Shown here: piece after piece, positions 20,075 through 30,122 of the stretch
Layout: every line of letters starts with the position of its first letter
How positions within the stretch are numbered: the stretch's first letter is position 1
NCBI GenBank assembly: GCA_965116885.1
Contig: OZ220741.1
Coordinates: forward strand, 2,850,551 to 2,914,550
Source of the DNA: Candidatus Latescibacterota bacterium
Lineage (GTDB): Bacteria > Latescibacterota > UBA2968
Reading direction: 5' to 3'
Length of the DNA stretch: 64,000 bases
Notes under the pieces: generated by a model
The model's database searches: none
What the model was told of the DNA's origin: nothing
What the model saw: only the letters and a program-made list of their open reading frames with translations
Position numbers and translations under genes: made by a program

Positions 20075-20542
20075 ATGGCTTTCAAAACTACTGATTTGTG
20101 CGATGAACACGAAACCGATCCAGCACTTCAAGTTGCCGAACCGATATTCAATGACTATGGCGGCGTTACAGTTCACGAAGACAATGTGCTGGTGCGCGAG
20201 ATACTCGAAACACCGGGCGAGGGACGGGTTCTCGTCGTTGATGGCGAGGGTTCGATGTGGTGTGCGCTTTTGGGGGATATGGTCGCTGAAATTGCCAGCG
20301 ACAATGGCTGGTCGGGGATTGTCATAAATGGCGGTGTGCGCGATGTGTCTGAACTTGCACAAATTGAAATAGGTGTCAAGGCGCGCTTTGCTGTGCCGCG
20401 TCGCAGCCGAAAAGAAGGACAGGGACGACAGGATACGCCTCTTGCATTTGCTGGCGTCACCTTTCTTCCGGGCGATTATCTCTACGCCGATGAAGACGGC
20501 ATTTTGATTGCTACGAGAGATTTATTAGACGCGCAGGCTTGA
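20075..20542 (+). CDS. rraA: RraA family protein (HMG aldolase / RNase E regulator-like), with an apparent about 10 aa internal deletion
   Basis: TDLCD, EDN, GRVLVVDG, ALLGD, NGWSGIVINGGVRD, PGDYLYADEDG. Confidence 0.85.
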   Translation: MAFKTTDLCDEHETDPALQVAEPIFNDYGGVTVHEDNVLVREILETPGEGRVLVVDGEGSMWCALLGDMVAEIASDNGWSGIVINGGVRDVSELAQIEIGVKARFAVPRRSRKEGQGRQDTPLAFAGVTFLPGDYLYADEDGILIATRDLLDAQA

Positions 20543-20576
20543 TCTGCAATACAACCTCACACTACGGAGACAAACT

Positions 20577-21944
20577 ATGCCGCAGACAGATCGACCCAAT
20601 ATCTTGTTTATTATGGACGACCAGCATCGTTTTGATTATATGGGCTGTGCAGGTGCTGATTTTGTTCGCACGCCCAATATTGACCGCCTGGCAAAGCAGG
20701 GGGTGCATTTTACCCAATGCACGACAAATTGCCCTGTTTGTGCGCCTTCGCGCATTGCTCTGGCTTCTGGGATGCAGCCCTCGCGCCTCGGTTGCGTTGG
20801 GAACAATTGCTTTTTGCCTCGCAGCCAACCGACTTATTACCAGCAATTGCGCGATTACAATTATTACGTGGGGTGTGTGGGCAAGCTCGATCTGGCCAAA
20901 CCCGACGGGTACAATGGACGCGATGGCGATAGGCCCGCTACGTATATGTGGGGTTTTACACATCCGGTTGAATGCGAGGGCAAAATGCACGCTGGACATT
21001 CCAAAACACCGCAGGGACCTTATAACCACTTTTTGGAGGAAAGAGGGTTGCTCGGTGCTTTTGTCGATGATTATACCCGTCGCTCCAGAGAGGGGTATCA
21101 CGCTTCCTGTCACGATTCGGTCTTGCCTACCGAAGCTTTTGAGGATGTGTATATCGGGCAGCGATCTGTTGAATGGATTGAGAATATTCCCGGGGATTTT
21201 CCCTGGCATTTATTTGTGAGCTTTGTGGGGCCTCACGATCCTTTTGATCCGCCAGCGGAATATGGAGAGAAGTACCGCGATGCAGAGATGCCACCCGCCA
21301 CGCCTGCAAATTTGCCGGGTAAACCCGCTTACTTAAAAGATCGCATCAAAGACATGACCCCGGAAAAAATCGCGGAGACACGGCGACAATATTGCGCGGC
21401 CATTGAAGTTATTGACGATCAGATCGGCGAGATGCTCGCGGCAGTGGAACGGCGGGGGATGGCCGATAATACGTATGTCATCTTTTCCAGCGATCACGGA
21501 GAAATGCTGGGCGATCACGGTTTGTACACCAAAAGCGTGCCTTACGAAGCATCGGTACACGTTCCGCTCATTATTGCGGGGCCTGGGATTGAAGGCGGTC
21601 GCGTCTCTGATGCTCTCGTTGAACTCATTGACATGAATCCAACGATATGTGATCTTGCTGGCGTGCCTCCGCTTTCGGATATCGATGCGCGGTCAGTTGG
21701 CGCAGTGCTTCGCGGAGAGGCAGAGGAACACCGTACGGAAACCGTGAGTGGCATACAAAATTTCAGGTGCATCCGCACGCGGGAGTACAAATTGGTGGAG
21801 AACTACAACGATGTTGCGGAACTCTACGATCTGATCGCAGATCCGACAGAAGAACACAATATTGCCGAACAGGAGCCAGAGGTACGGCGCGAATTGTCTC
21901 GCCGTCTCTCAGCGCGTTATTTAGAAGGCACATGGTATCGGTAG
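20577..21944 (+). CDS. Sulfatase (formylglycine type)
   Basis: RPNILFIMDDQHR, CAPSR, PHDPF, SDHGEMLGDH, ELYDL..DP.E; start set at 20577 from the ORF track. Confidence 0.93.
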   Translation: MPQTDRPNILFIMDDQHRFDYMGCAGADFVRTPNIDRLAKQGVHFTQCTTNCPVCAPSRIALASGMQPSRLGCVGNNCFLPRSQPTYYQQLRDYNYYVGCVGKLDLAKPDGYNGRDGDRPATYMWGFTHPVECEGKMHAGHSKTPQGPYNHFLEERGLLGAFVDDYTRRSREGYHASCHDSVLPTEAFEDVYIGQRSVEWIENIPGDFPWHLFVSFVGPHDPFDPPAEYGEKYRDAEMPPATPANLPGKPAYLKDRIKDMTPEKIAETRRQYCAAIEVIDDQIGEMLAAVERRGMADNTYVIFSSDHGEMLGDHGLYTKSVPYEASVHVPLIIAGPGIEGGRVSDALVELIDMNPTICDLAGVPPLSDIDARSVGAVLRGEAEEHRTETVSGIQNFRCIRTREYKLVENYNDVAELYDLIADPTEEHNIAEQEPEVRRELSRRLSARYLEGTWYR

Positions 21945-21953
21945 GAGGGAATC

Positions 21954-22937
21954 GTGAAATACACCAAACTTCCCGGTACGGATATCGATGTTTCTGTTAT
22001 TGCTCTGGGCTGCTGGCCTTTTTCCGGTGGTGATGTTTGGGGAGAGCAAGACGACGATGTGTCTGTCGCTACGGTGCATGCCGCGCTCGATGCAGGTATC
22101 ACTTTTTTCGATACGGCAGAAGGCTATGGCAAGTCCGAGCGCGTGCTGGGGCAGGGTCTCAAAGGTCGTCGGCAAGATGCGGTGATTGCCACCAAAGTTG
22201 GCGGCGGTCATCTTTCTTCCGATGATTTGCCCAAAGCCTGCGAGCAGAGCTTGAAAAGTCTGCAAACAGATTATATCGATTTGTACCAAATTCACTGGCC
22301 CAATCACAATATTCCCATTGCAGAAACGGCAAGCGCGCTTCAGCGTCTCCGCGATCAGGGAAAAATTCGAGCTATTGGCGTTTGCAATTTTGCCTGCGGC
22401 GATCTGCGCGACTTGCTCGCTGTTGCCGATATTGTCACCAATCAGTTGTCCTATAGCTTGCTCTGGCGCGTTATTGAACGCGAGATTCAGCCGATGTGTT
22501 TGGAGAACAATATTGGCCTGATATGCTATAGCCCACTGATGCAGGGGTTGCTTACCGGACGTTATGCCTCTGCGGATGACGTGCCAGAGGGTCTGGCGCG
22601 AACCCGCCTGTTTTCGGATGACCGCCCCATGGCCAGGCACAGTGAAGAAGGCTGTGAGGCCGAAGTGTTTGAGGCGCTGAAAAATATTCGCGCTGTTGCC
22701 GATGAAGCAGACATCGCAATGGCCGAGCTTGCCCTTGCCTGGACACTACAACAACCCGGCATTACATCGCTTCTGGTGGGCGCGAGAAATCCCGATGAAG
22801 TGCAATGGAATCTCCCTTCGGTTGATCTCGCATTGTCAGAAGATATATTGCAACGCTTATCCGAAATTACAGAGGGTGTTAAAGACAAACTCGGCAATAA
22901 TCCCGATATGTGGATGTCGGAGTCGAGGATGAGGTGA
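21954..22937 (+). CDS. Aldo/keto reductase
   Basis: FFDTAEGYG, IATK, DYIDLYQIHWP, YSPLMQGLLTG. Confidence 0.93.
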   Translation: MKYTKLPGTDIDVSVIALGCWPFSGGDVWGEQDDDVSVATVHAALDAGITFFDTAEGYGKSERVLGQGLKGRRQDAVIATKVGGGHLSSDDLPKACEQSLKSLQTDYIDLYQIHWPNHNIPIAETASALQRLRDQGKIRAIGVCNFACGDLRDLLAVADIVTNQLSYSLLWRVIEREIQPMCLENNIGLICYSPLMQGLLTGRYASADDVPEGLARTRLFSDDRPMARHSEEGCEAEVFEALKNIRAVADEADIAMAELALAWTLQQPGITSLLVGARNPDEVQWNLPSVDLALSEDILQRLSEITEGVKDKLGNNPDMWMSESRMR

Positions 22938-22945
22938 AAGGTGTC

Positions 22946-22992
22946 CGCAGATGGACGCAGATGGACGCAGATGGACGCAGATGGACGCAGAT
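22946..22992. repeat. 10-bp tandem repeat (CGCAGATGGA) x4 plus a partial copy
   Basis: Directly visible 8 bp after the AKR stop codon. Confidence 0.9.
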
Positions 22993-23120
22993 AAAAGGCG
23001 AGAGGCAAAGAAGGGCTGGGGGGTGAGCGGGCGGGATTTGATCGCTATTGGAAACACGATGCGACTTGTCTTTGTCTCATTTTTTAGATACGCTACGTTA
23101 GAAAGGATCAGGAGGCTCTC

Positions 23121-23468
23121 ATGGCTCATCTTCAGATTGACGACCCAGAAACATTTTTTCGCACCTTTGCAGATCTTTTGGCTGCTGGCGAAGACGACAA
23201 GCACATGGCTCGAAAACTGGGATGCTCGCGGGGCGAAAGCAAGCGCAGGCGGCAGGCATTTCAAAAAGGGGGCATTGTGACGGAAAAAGGCGTATCGAAA
23301 GAAAAATTGGATGCCTGGCTGTCTTCAAGTGACGGTCAGCGCGCACAGCGCCAGTGGGAAGGCCATCACAAGCGTCAACAGGCTATGGGGGCAACGGGTA
23401 CCAAACCGCAAAAGGGTTTTCGCAGACAGCCCGAAGTCAAGCGCGGTTGGATGCGGCAAAAGATTTGA
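23121..23468 (+). CDS. Small basic hypothetical protein, possible helix-turn-helix
   Basis: AGGAGG RBS, terminator downstream; DDKHMARKLGCSRGESKRRR resembles an HTH. Confidence 0.65.
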   Translation: MAHLQIDDPETFFRTFADLLAAGEDDKHMARKLGCSRGESKRRRQAFQKGGIVTEKGVSKEKLDAWLSSSDGQRAQRQWEGHHKRQQAMGATGTKPQKGFRRQPEVKRGWMRQKI

Positions 23469-23482
23469 GGTATTAGTTTGAG

Positions 23483-23520
23483 AAAAAAAAGGCCGATGGG
23501 TGATGTTCCATCGGCCTTTT
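23483..23520. terminator. Bidirectional rho-independent terminator
   Basis: A8-ggccgatgg...ccatcggcc-tttt between convergent genes. Confidence 0.85.
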
Positions 23521-23533
23521 ATATTTTTATATC

Positions 23534-24508
23534 TCACCGCTCGTCGCGTTTCATGTCCAGCCAATTGAGTTCTTCTTGGGAGAGTTTCAAATTGAGAGCC
23601 TCGATATTGGCCCTGCACTCATCGGGATGGAATACGCCGATTAGTGAAAAGAGATTCAGGGGCTGATTCAGGTTGAATGCCAGCGCGATTTGCGGCACGG
23701 TTAGTCCTTTTTCTTTTGCCAGTTCGCCCGCGCGGTCCAGGCGTTTGAAGTTTTGTTCGTAACAATAGGCTTCGACGCAGGACCCGGGTAGATTTTTCTT
23801 ATAGTCTTCATAAGTTTCGCGTGTGAATCTGCCTGAGAAAAATCCCTGTGCGAGACTCGACCAGGTAAACAGGGGCGTGTTTTGTTCTGCGTACCACGCG
23901 CGGTCCGCCTCGTTTTCAGGCCCACTGATGCTGATACAACCTCTCCAGGGTTCTTTCACCTGTTCTGCAAGGCTGTAATTGGGGCTGCTTACGGTAAATG
24001 GTTCCAGGTTGTGCTTGTATGCGTATTCATTGGCTTCTTGTATGCGCGGCACGGTCCAGTTCGATCCGCCAAATAGTCCGATTCGACCCGCTGCCTTGTG
24101 TTCGTTTAGTATCTCTACTATGGGGCCAACTTCGACATTGAGATCGTCGCGGTGCAATACGTAGATGTCGATAAAATTCGTTCGGCAACGCTCCAATGAT
24201 GTGGTCAGATCGGCTGTAATATCAGGTGGGGTGACTTTATTTTTCTTTCCAGTGTGATGTGCCCCTTTGGTTAAGATGACGGCTTCGTCGTGCAGGCCGC
24301 GCTCGTCGAGCCATTGGCCCAAAACGCGCTCACACTGCCCGCCGCCGTAAATATATGCTCCGTCAAAGCCGTTGACGCCGAGTGCCCATACGCCGTCTAA
24401 CAGGTCAAATGATTCTTGCAGATCGTCTTCGCGCAACATCATTGTACCTTGCAAAATGCGCGAAATTTTTTTGTTCATTCCTTCAATTGTGCCGTATTCC
24501 ATTGGCAT
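23534..24508 (-). CDS. Aldo/keto reductase
   Basis: FDGAYIYG, ILTKG, IDIYVLHRD, GGSNW, WSSLAQG. Confidence 0.9.
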   Translation of the reverse strand: MPMEYGTIEGMNKKISRILQGTMMLREDDLQESFDLLDGVWALGVNGFDGAYIYGGGQCERVLGQWLDERGLHDEAVILTKGAHHTGKKNKVTPPDITADLTTSLERCRTNFIDIYVLHRDDLNVEVGPIVEILNEHKAAGRIGLFGGSNWTVPRIQEANEYAYKHNLEPFTVSSPNYSLAEQVKEPWRGCISISGPENEADRAWYAEQNTPLFTWSSLAQGFFSGRFTRETYEDYKKNLPGSCVEAYCYEQNFKRLDRAGELAKEKGLTVPQIALAFNLNQPLNLFSLIGVFHPDECRANIEALNLKLSQEELNWLDMKRDER

Positions 24509-24512
24509 AATA

Positions 24513-25499
24513 TTATTCCCTTTCCATCGGATATTTCAATCCCCATTGCTCTCGAATCGCGTCCAGTGTCTGCATATTGGCAAGCGTATCGTCGTGTGAC
24601 ATGAGATCGCTTTCCAGCTTGCCTTCTCTTACGCAGCGGGCCACTTCGGCGGCTTCGCATTCGTATCCATTTCCAGCGCATTCCAGTGTCACCTCTTCCT
24701 CTTTGTCGCCAGCGGATAGGATTGCCGTGCGGGCGTCCCAAAACTTCGGTACTGTGATCATGCCATCCGTGCCCAGAATTTTCGCTTCGTGTGGTGTTTT
24801 GATTCGCACGCCACATGAGATCAATGCGAGTTGCCCTTTGTCGTAGCCAAATACGATCGCTGCCTGTTCATCTACGCCGGTCTCGCCAATATGCGCCTGG
24901 CTCGAAATGGTGGCAGGTTGTGTGTCGAAGATCATGGATGCATAGGAGATGGGGTAGATGCCTATATCGAGCAGTCCGCCGCCGCCGAGTGCGAGATCGA
25001 ATAAGCGCCCCTTGGGGTTGAGGCGGGCGCGAAATCCAAAATCGGCGTATAACATCCGCACTTCGCCAATTGCGCCGTCTGTGACCCACGTCTTTACCTG
25101 TTGGGTGATGGGCAAAAATCGGGTCCACATGGCTTCCATCAAAAACACGCCTTCGCTGCGGGCGACTTCGATAACTTCTCTGGCTTCGTGCTGGTTGATT
25201 GTAAATGGTTTTTCGCACAATACGGGCTTGGCCGCTTTCAGGCATAAGATGCTGTTCTCTTTGTGAAAGGGATGGGGCGTTGCCACATAAACCGCATCGA
25301 CTTCTGGATCTTCGGCGAGTGCTTCATAAGAGGCGTGGCGGTTGGGTACATCATACGTATCGGCAAAGGCGTCGGCGCGCTCCTGACTGCGCGATCCCAC
25401 GGCGACGAGTTGTGCATCGTCGAGGGCGCGCAATCCCGTGGCGAACTTGTGTGCAATACTGCCGGGACCGATAATGCCCCAGCGGAAAATATCACCCAT
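24513..25499 (-). CDS. Gfo/Idh/MocA family oxidoreductase
   Basis: WGIIGPGSIA, YVATPH, LCEKP, MEAMW, GGGLLDIGIY. Confidence 0.93.
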   Translation of the reverse strand: MGDIFRWGIIGPGSIAHKFATGLRALDDAQLVAVGSRSQERADAFADTYDVPNRHASYEALAEDPEVDAVYVATPHPFHKENSILCLKAAKPVLCEKPFTINQHEAREVIEVARSEGVFLMEAMWTRFLPITQQVKTWVTDGAIGEVRMLYADFGFRARLNPKGRLFDLALGGGGLLDIGIYPISYASMIFDTQPATISSQAHIGETGVDEQAAIVFGYDKGQLALISCGVRIKTPHEAKILGTDGMITVPKFWDARTAILSAGDKEEEVTLECAGNGYECEAAEVARCVREGKLESDLMSHDDTLANMQTLDAIREQWGLKYPMERE

Positions 25500-25516
25500 T
25501 GTTTATCCTTTTCTTA

Positions 25517-26245
25517 TCAGGAGGTTGAAAATAGAACATACAAAATCATGCGTAAGGCGAGCAGTGTTACCAGCCACCGCAAAAGCACGCGAAAATGGTG
25601 TTCGGGCACGCGCCCGCGAATCAGAGTTCCCAGGTAAGACCCCAGAGATGCCGAGGCGATCATGCCAACGACCAATTTCCAATAGGGTGCAAAGACAAAT
25701 CCCAAAAACCCAAATGTCAAAATTTTCATCGCATGGCTTGATGCCATCTGAACCGAATGCGTGATTACCGTGCGATCGCGGGGCAGGTTTTCTCGCAGGA
25801 GAAATGGCATATTGAGCGGACCACTTACACCAAAAAACAAGGATAAAGCAGTTTGAAGAGCACCCAGCAGTGTGAATTTTGCGGGCAAATCGGGCGCGCG
25901 GGAAAATTTGGGCATCCAGGTGATGAGCAATATAAAAATACCCAAAAAGAGGGGCATGGTTTCCCATTCAATGTCGGCAATAAAACGAGAACCCAGTGCG
26001 GCGCCAATCACTGTTCCGATTGCATATTGCCCCACGAGACGCCATTCGGTATGCTTGAGGCCATAGAGCGCGCGGCTCAAATTGCTGGCAATTTGCACCA
26101 GTCCGTGAACCGGGATAATCGCCGCAGCGGGAAGAAAACCCGGCATAATCGCAATGAGGACAACGCCGCCACCAACGCCGCCAACAGCCGCGATCATCGA
26201 TGTTATACACGCCGCCCCGATTAAAAACCAGTCCGCTATTTCCAT
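25517..26245 (-). CDS. TauE/SafE family sulfite exporter
   Basis: Multi-TM protein; GGVGGG, PVHG..Q..SN.SR. Confidence 0.85.
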   Translation of the reverse strand: MEIADWFLIGAACITSMIAAVGGVGGGVVLIAIMPGFLPAAAIIPVHGLVQIASNLSRALYGLKHTEWRLVGQYAIGTVIGAALGSRFIADIEWETMPLFLGIFILLITWMPKFSRAPDLPAKFTLLGALQTALSLFFGVSGPLNMPFLLRENLPRDRTVITHSVQMASSHAMKILTFGFLGFVFAPYWKLVVGMIASASLGSYLGTLIRGRVPEHHFRVLLRWLVTLLALRMILYVLFSTS

Positions 26246-26252
26246 GCACTCA

Positions 26253-27701
26253 TCACCAGGTCATATAATGCGTCACAGGTTCGCCCTGTTTGGCAGTAAA
26301 GCGATCGTATTTCGGATGGATGAAATCTTCGGTTGCATCCATGTGGGCGTAAAAAGCTCGCGTCATCTCTTCTCTTTTTTCCGGTTGGGTGTCATATAAA
26401 TTGTTTAGTTCAAAGGGATCGTCGATTAGATTGTACAACTCGCCGTAATTTTTTGCCGGATAGTGAATATATTTCCATTCCCGCGTGCGGATGCAGCGTT
26501 TATCGACTGCTTCGGCAAAGATTATGTCTCGTATTTCCGATTGTTCGCCATTTATTAGCGGCGATAAATCCAGGCCCTGCACGCATTCGGGCGCATCAAA
26601 ACCCGATAGCCGCGCGATTGTGGGAAATAGATCTACGGTTTCGATCAGGGCGTCACAGTCGCTGCCAGCATGACCGGGTATGGCGATAAAGCAAGGTATG
26701 TGTAACATGCAGTCGAGGAGAAATGGCGCTTTGGCCGGGATACCGTGATCGCCTAAAAATTCACCGTGGTCCGATAGAAAGATCACGATGGTCTCATCCG
26801 CCACGCCTTTTTTTTCCAATGTTTCAAGGATTAGCCCTACTTGATGGTCAATTTGCGAGACCATGCCGTAATACGCCGCCTTCATTTTGCGAAATGTGTC
26901 GTCGGAAGCCCGGTCAAATCCGCGGTATTTGTGGTGTTCTGCTTTGAAATACAAACTGTATTCGGGCGGTTTTTTTGCAATGTCGTTATCCGCGCGCCGA
27001 AAGGAGGGCATCGCGTTGGGATCGTACATATTTGCAAAGCGCCCAGAAGGGACATAGGGATGGTGCGGCCCGTAGAATCCCACCCATAAGAAAAAGGGGT
27101 TGCTCGTATCCAGTCCTTCGAGGTATTCAATGCTTTTCATTCCCACATAGGCATCGATGTGGCAATCTTCGGGGAGACCGGATGGCACGGCGCCGAGGTT
27201 TTTGCGAAAATTGGGCAGGGCGTATCCCGTTTTATACTCGTATCCCTGGTCGCGAACATATTGTTCAAATGGATTGGGATCGGTGACTGTATAATTTCCA
27301 TCTGCGCGCTCTTTCCATCCCCGCCGTATTCCCACGGCGTCCATGTGATCGAGTATCTGTCGAAAACGCTGCTGCCCAATGCCGTGTTTGCCCACGCTGG
27401 CGGTTGTATAGCCCTGGTTTTTGAACGCTTCTACCATTGTAATTTCATTTTCGTTGAGCTTTGATCCATTCCATTTTACGCCGTGATTTTTGGGATAACG
27501 CCCGGTCATGAATGTCGCACGCGACGGAGAACACACGGGATTTTGCACAAAGCATTTTGAAAATCGCATGCTCCTTTCAGATAGGGCGTCAATCGCAGGC
27601 GTTTGTATGACGCGGTCCCCCGTGTATCCCAGCGTATCGTATCGCAAATGGTCTGTTGTTATAAATACAATATTGGGTCGTTTCATCATTGCATACCTCA
27701 T
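26253..27701 (-). CDS. Sulfatase
   Basis: RPNIVFITTDH, CSPSR, PHHPY, SDHGEFLGDH. Confidence 0.93.
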   Translation of the reverse strand: MRYAMMKRPNIVFITTDHLRYDTLGYTGDRVIQTPAIDALSERSMRFSKCFVQNPVCSPSRATFMTGRYPKNHGVKWNGSKLNENEITMVEAFKNQGYTTASVGKHGIGQQRFRQILDHMDAVGIRRGWKERADGNYTVTDPNPFEQYVRDQGYEYKTGYALPNFRKNLGAVPSGLPEDCHIDAYVGMKSIEYLEGLDTSNPFFLWVGFYGPHHPYVPSGRFANMYDPNAMPSFRRADNDIAKKPPEYSLYFKAEHHKYRGFDRASDDTFRKMKAAYYGMVSQIDHQVGLILETLEKKGVADETIVIFLSDHGEFLGDHGIPAKAPFLLDCMLHIPCFIAIPGHAGSDCDALIETVDLFPTIARLSGFDAPECVQGLDLSPLINGEQSEIRDIIFAEAVDKRCIRTREWKYIHYPAKNYGELYNLIDDPFELNNLYDTQPEKREEMTRAFYAHMDATEDFIHPKYDRFTAKQGEPVTHYMTW

Positions 27702-28438
27702 AGCAAATCGTTACTTAAAATTGTTGGGCACCAGAATTTTTCAATAAACGAGATTACCAATTGCGTGCCCGCTTCATGGCTCACATAAGGCGGCTTTGCG
27801 GGGTTGTACATCGCATCGGTCAAATCTCGAATTAGCGCGACCTGGATGCCCCAGCGCGTCATTTGTTTGATTGCAAACGTGCGATGCAACACGCACATGT
27901 TGGTATGTACACCCATGATGAGCATTTTGCCGATTTCCCGATGCTGCATATAGCTGTAGATTTCGTGTCCCTGATCGGAAATAATATCCCGTTCCTGGTC
28001 AATATCTATCCCCGCGTGTTGCCGCGTCCAGACTTGCGTATTGATTTTATTGGGATCTTCACCTGTGTCTGACCCGCCATCCGAATCGTCGATTGGCAGC
28101 GGGGGATCAGCGTGATCCAAATTTTCGGGGGGTTCAATGGATGGGACATCCAATACCCGTCTCCGCGCAAGCGTATTGGCATAAACATCGAGTGTGCCCG
28201 AGGGTGCGTGAATAATGGTCACACCTTGCTTTCTCGCGCTTTGCACTACGGCGTGCATGCGGGGAATCATTGCTTCTAATCGCTCAACTGCACCGCGACA
28301 CCAGTGGTTGTTCCATACATCGCATAATAACAGGACTGTTTGTTCGGGAGGCCAATAGACGCGTTCTGTGATTGTTTCCCAAACCGTGTGTTCACTGTCA
28401 TCCCACAATAAGGACTGCCTCTGCATGGTTAGATTCAT
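27698..28438 (-). CDS. Isochorismatase / cysteine hydrolase family protein
   Basis: LLCDVW, HAPS, GVHTNMCV, RDLTDA; GGAGG RBS before ATG 28438. Confidence 0.85.
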   Translation of the reverse strand: MNLTMQRQSLLWDDSEHTVWETITERVYWPPEQTVLLLCDVWNNHWCRGAVERLEAMIPRMHAVVQSARKQGVTIIHAPSGTLDVYANTLARRRVLDVPSIEPPENLDHADPPLPIDDSDGGSDTGEDPNKINTQVWTRQHAGIDIDQERDIISDQGHEIYSYMQHREIGKMLIMGVHTNMCVLHRTFAIKQMTRWGIQVALIRDLTDAMYNPAKPPYVSHEAGTQLVISFIEKFWCPTILSNDLL

Positions 28439-28458
28439 CGCGTCCTCCATATTAAAGA

Positions 28459-29280
28459 TCAGGTTTCCCACACCAACCGAGGCCCCTCGTCCATCCCGCA
28501 TACCACCCCCAATTGTCTCTCGCGCTGATAGCCCAGACAATGAGAAATATACGTCACACCCTCGATTTCTCGATACCGATTGCGATGCTGATGACCGTAT
28601 ATGTGAATCGATGAACCGCGTTTTCGCAATAGGCGATCTAAGGCTATTGTGCCAGCCACCCGACTGAAATTGAAATTCGACGCGTTCGTCAATGGGCGCG
28701 GACGGGGAGCGGAATGGGACCTGCCAAAGAGCAACTCCCGTCTGGGCAAAAAGTGGCTAAAGGTAATGACTGGCCCATCGCCCTGAACAGGCGCGGTATT
28801 TTGGGCCAGCATATAGTGTGCAATGGGTCGCTCGTTCTCGGGCCAGCGAATCAGACGGTTGTCCGCCCACATGTGCAACGCTGCGTCTTCTCCTTCCTGG
28901 GGCACGTACAAACTGTCGGCACTTTCTTCGGGTTTTTCATACCACGACAAAAGCGGTACAATTTGTACACCCGGCAATTGCGCCCACGAGGTTTCTATGT
29001 CCAACACGTTGCACAAAGCCATAAGCGCGTGGAATTTCTCCAACGAGTCGCATCGCTCATTGGGCCTCACCCACAAATCGTGATTGCCCGGTACAAAAAA
29101 AACGCGTGCAAATTTTTGCTTCAGTCCGCACAGGGTATCGCGCATCGGGTCGGCGCGGTCAGTTATATCTCCGGCCACAATTACCACATCATCGGTGAAA
29201 TCGCAATTGGAAAGCCGCTGCACCCACCGATGGTTTTCCTTATAATCGATGTGCAAATCAGAAATGGCAAAAACGCGCAT
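28459..29280 (-). CDS. Calcineurin-like metallophosphoesterase
   Basis: SDLH, AGDI, PGNHD, FSHF, YGHQH. Confidence 0.9.
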   Translation of the reverse strand: MRVFAISDLHIDYKENHRWVQRLSNCDFTDDVVIVAGDITDRADPMRDTLCGLKQKFARVFFVPGNHDLWVRPNERCDSLEKFHALMALCNVLDIETSWAQLPGVQIVPLLSWYEKPEESADSLYVPQEGEDAALHMWADNRLIRWPENERPIAHYMLAQNTAPVQGDGPVITFSHFLPRRELLFGRSHSAPRPRPLTNASNFNFSRVAGTIALDRLLRKRGSSIHIYGHQHRNRYREIEGVTYISHCLGYQRERQLGVVCGMDEGPRLVWET

Positions 29281-29327
29281 GGGTTATCCAGTTGAAATAG
29301 CCATAAAAATCACAAAAGAAATCGCGC

Positions 29328-30122
29328 TCAATACCTCACATCGACCAGCCACGCGCTTTTGGGATTTTTTTCCCAGTGTTGGCGCAACACCTGTTCGTTT
29401 GGGCAGAATTCACCGCGATAGGCGACCCCACCATGAGAGATATTAAAGCTCATGGCGACTCCATCTTCGCCCGCATCAACCCAGTGGGGCGTCAATAACT
29501 GGTTCCACAGCAAATCGCCGGGTTGCATGTCATAGGTCAAGATATCTGCAGGATCTATTTGGGGAATATCAATGCGCGTAACACCCGTTCGATCTTCCAC
29601 GAGTTTCTGAGCAGGTTCGCGTTTTTCCGGTTCCAAAAACCCGTGAAAGTGTTTTTCCCCATAAACTTGCCACGCGAGTACATGCGAGGAATCTGCGTGA
29701 TAGGTCGAGCTGCATCCTTTTCCAGAGATAAATATAATGGGGTAACATCTTTGCCACGTAAATCCAAGTTGGGAAAGGAATGTGCGCCAGGGGATCATCA
29801 CACATTCTTGAAAGTGTTCGAGAAATTGTCCCGCGCCATAAAAATTTTGCAGATGAAAATGCGCCAGACTAATCGGCATTTCGACGGCTTTTTCTATGGG
29901 CGCAGCCTTAAATTTTTCGACCAGATTATTTTGCTCTGCATCGCTTAAGCTGTCATCTAAAAATTGAATGCGCGCCTCGGAATCGCGCCGCAAAATATCT
30001 ATTACTTCATCTACGGGAACGAGTGGCATTTCAAATTTGAACAACTCGGAATCGATGAGAAAATTGTGCTCGCCATTCCAAAGTTGGCGAAAATCGTCCG
30101 CTGTCCTGGCAATCAGGTGCAT
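29328..30122 (-). CDS. JmjC / cupin-like 2OG-Fe(II) oxygenase
   Basis: YHAD..VLAWQVYGEK, QPGDLL, TPHWV. Confidence 0.75.
   Translation of the reverse strand: MHLIARTADDFRQLWNGEHNFLIDSELFKFEMPLVPVDEVIDILRRDSEARIQFLDDSLSDAEQNNLVEKFKAAPIEKAVEMPISLAHFHLQNFYGAGQFLEHFQECVMIPWRTFLSQLGFTWQRCYPIIFISGKGCSSTYHADSSHVLAWQVYGEKHFHGFLEPEKREPAQKLVEDRTGVTRIDIPQIDPADILTYDMQPGDLLWNQLLTPHWVDAGEDGVAMSFNISHGGVAYRGEFCPNEQVLRQHWEKNPKSAWLVDVRY

Noticed and set aside
22946-22992. CRISPR array
   Set aside because: 10-bp head-to-tail units with no spacers and no cas genes.
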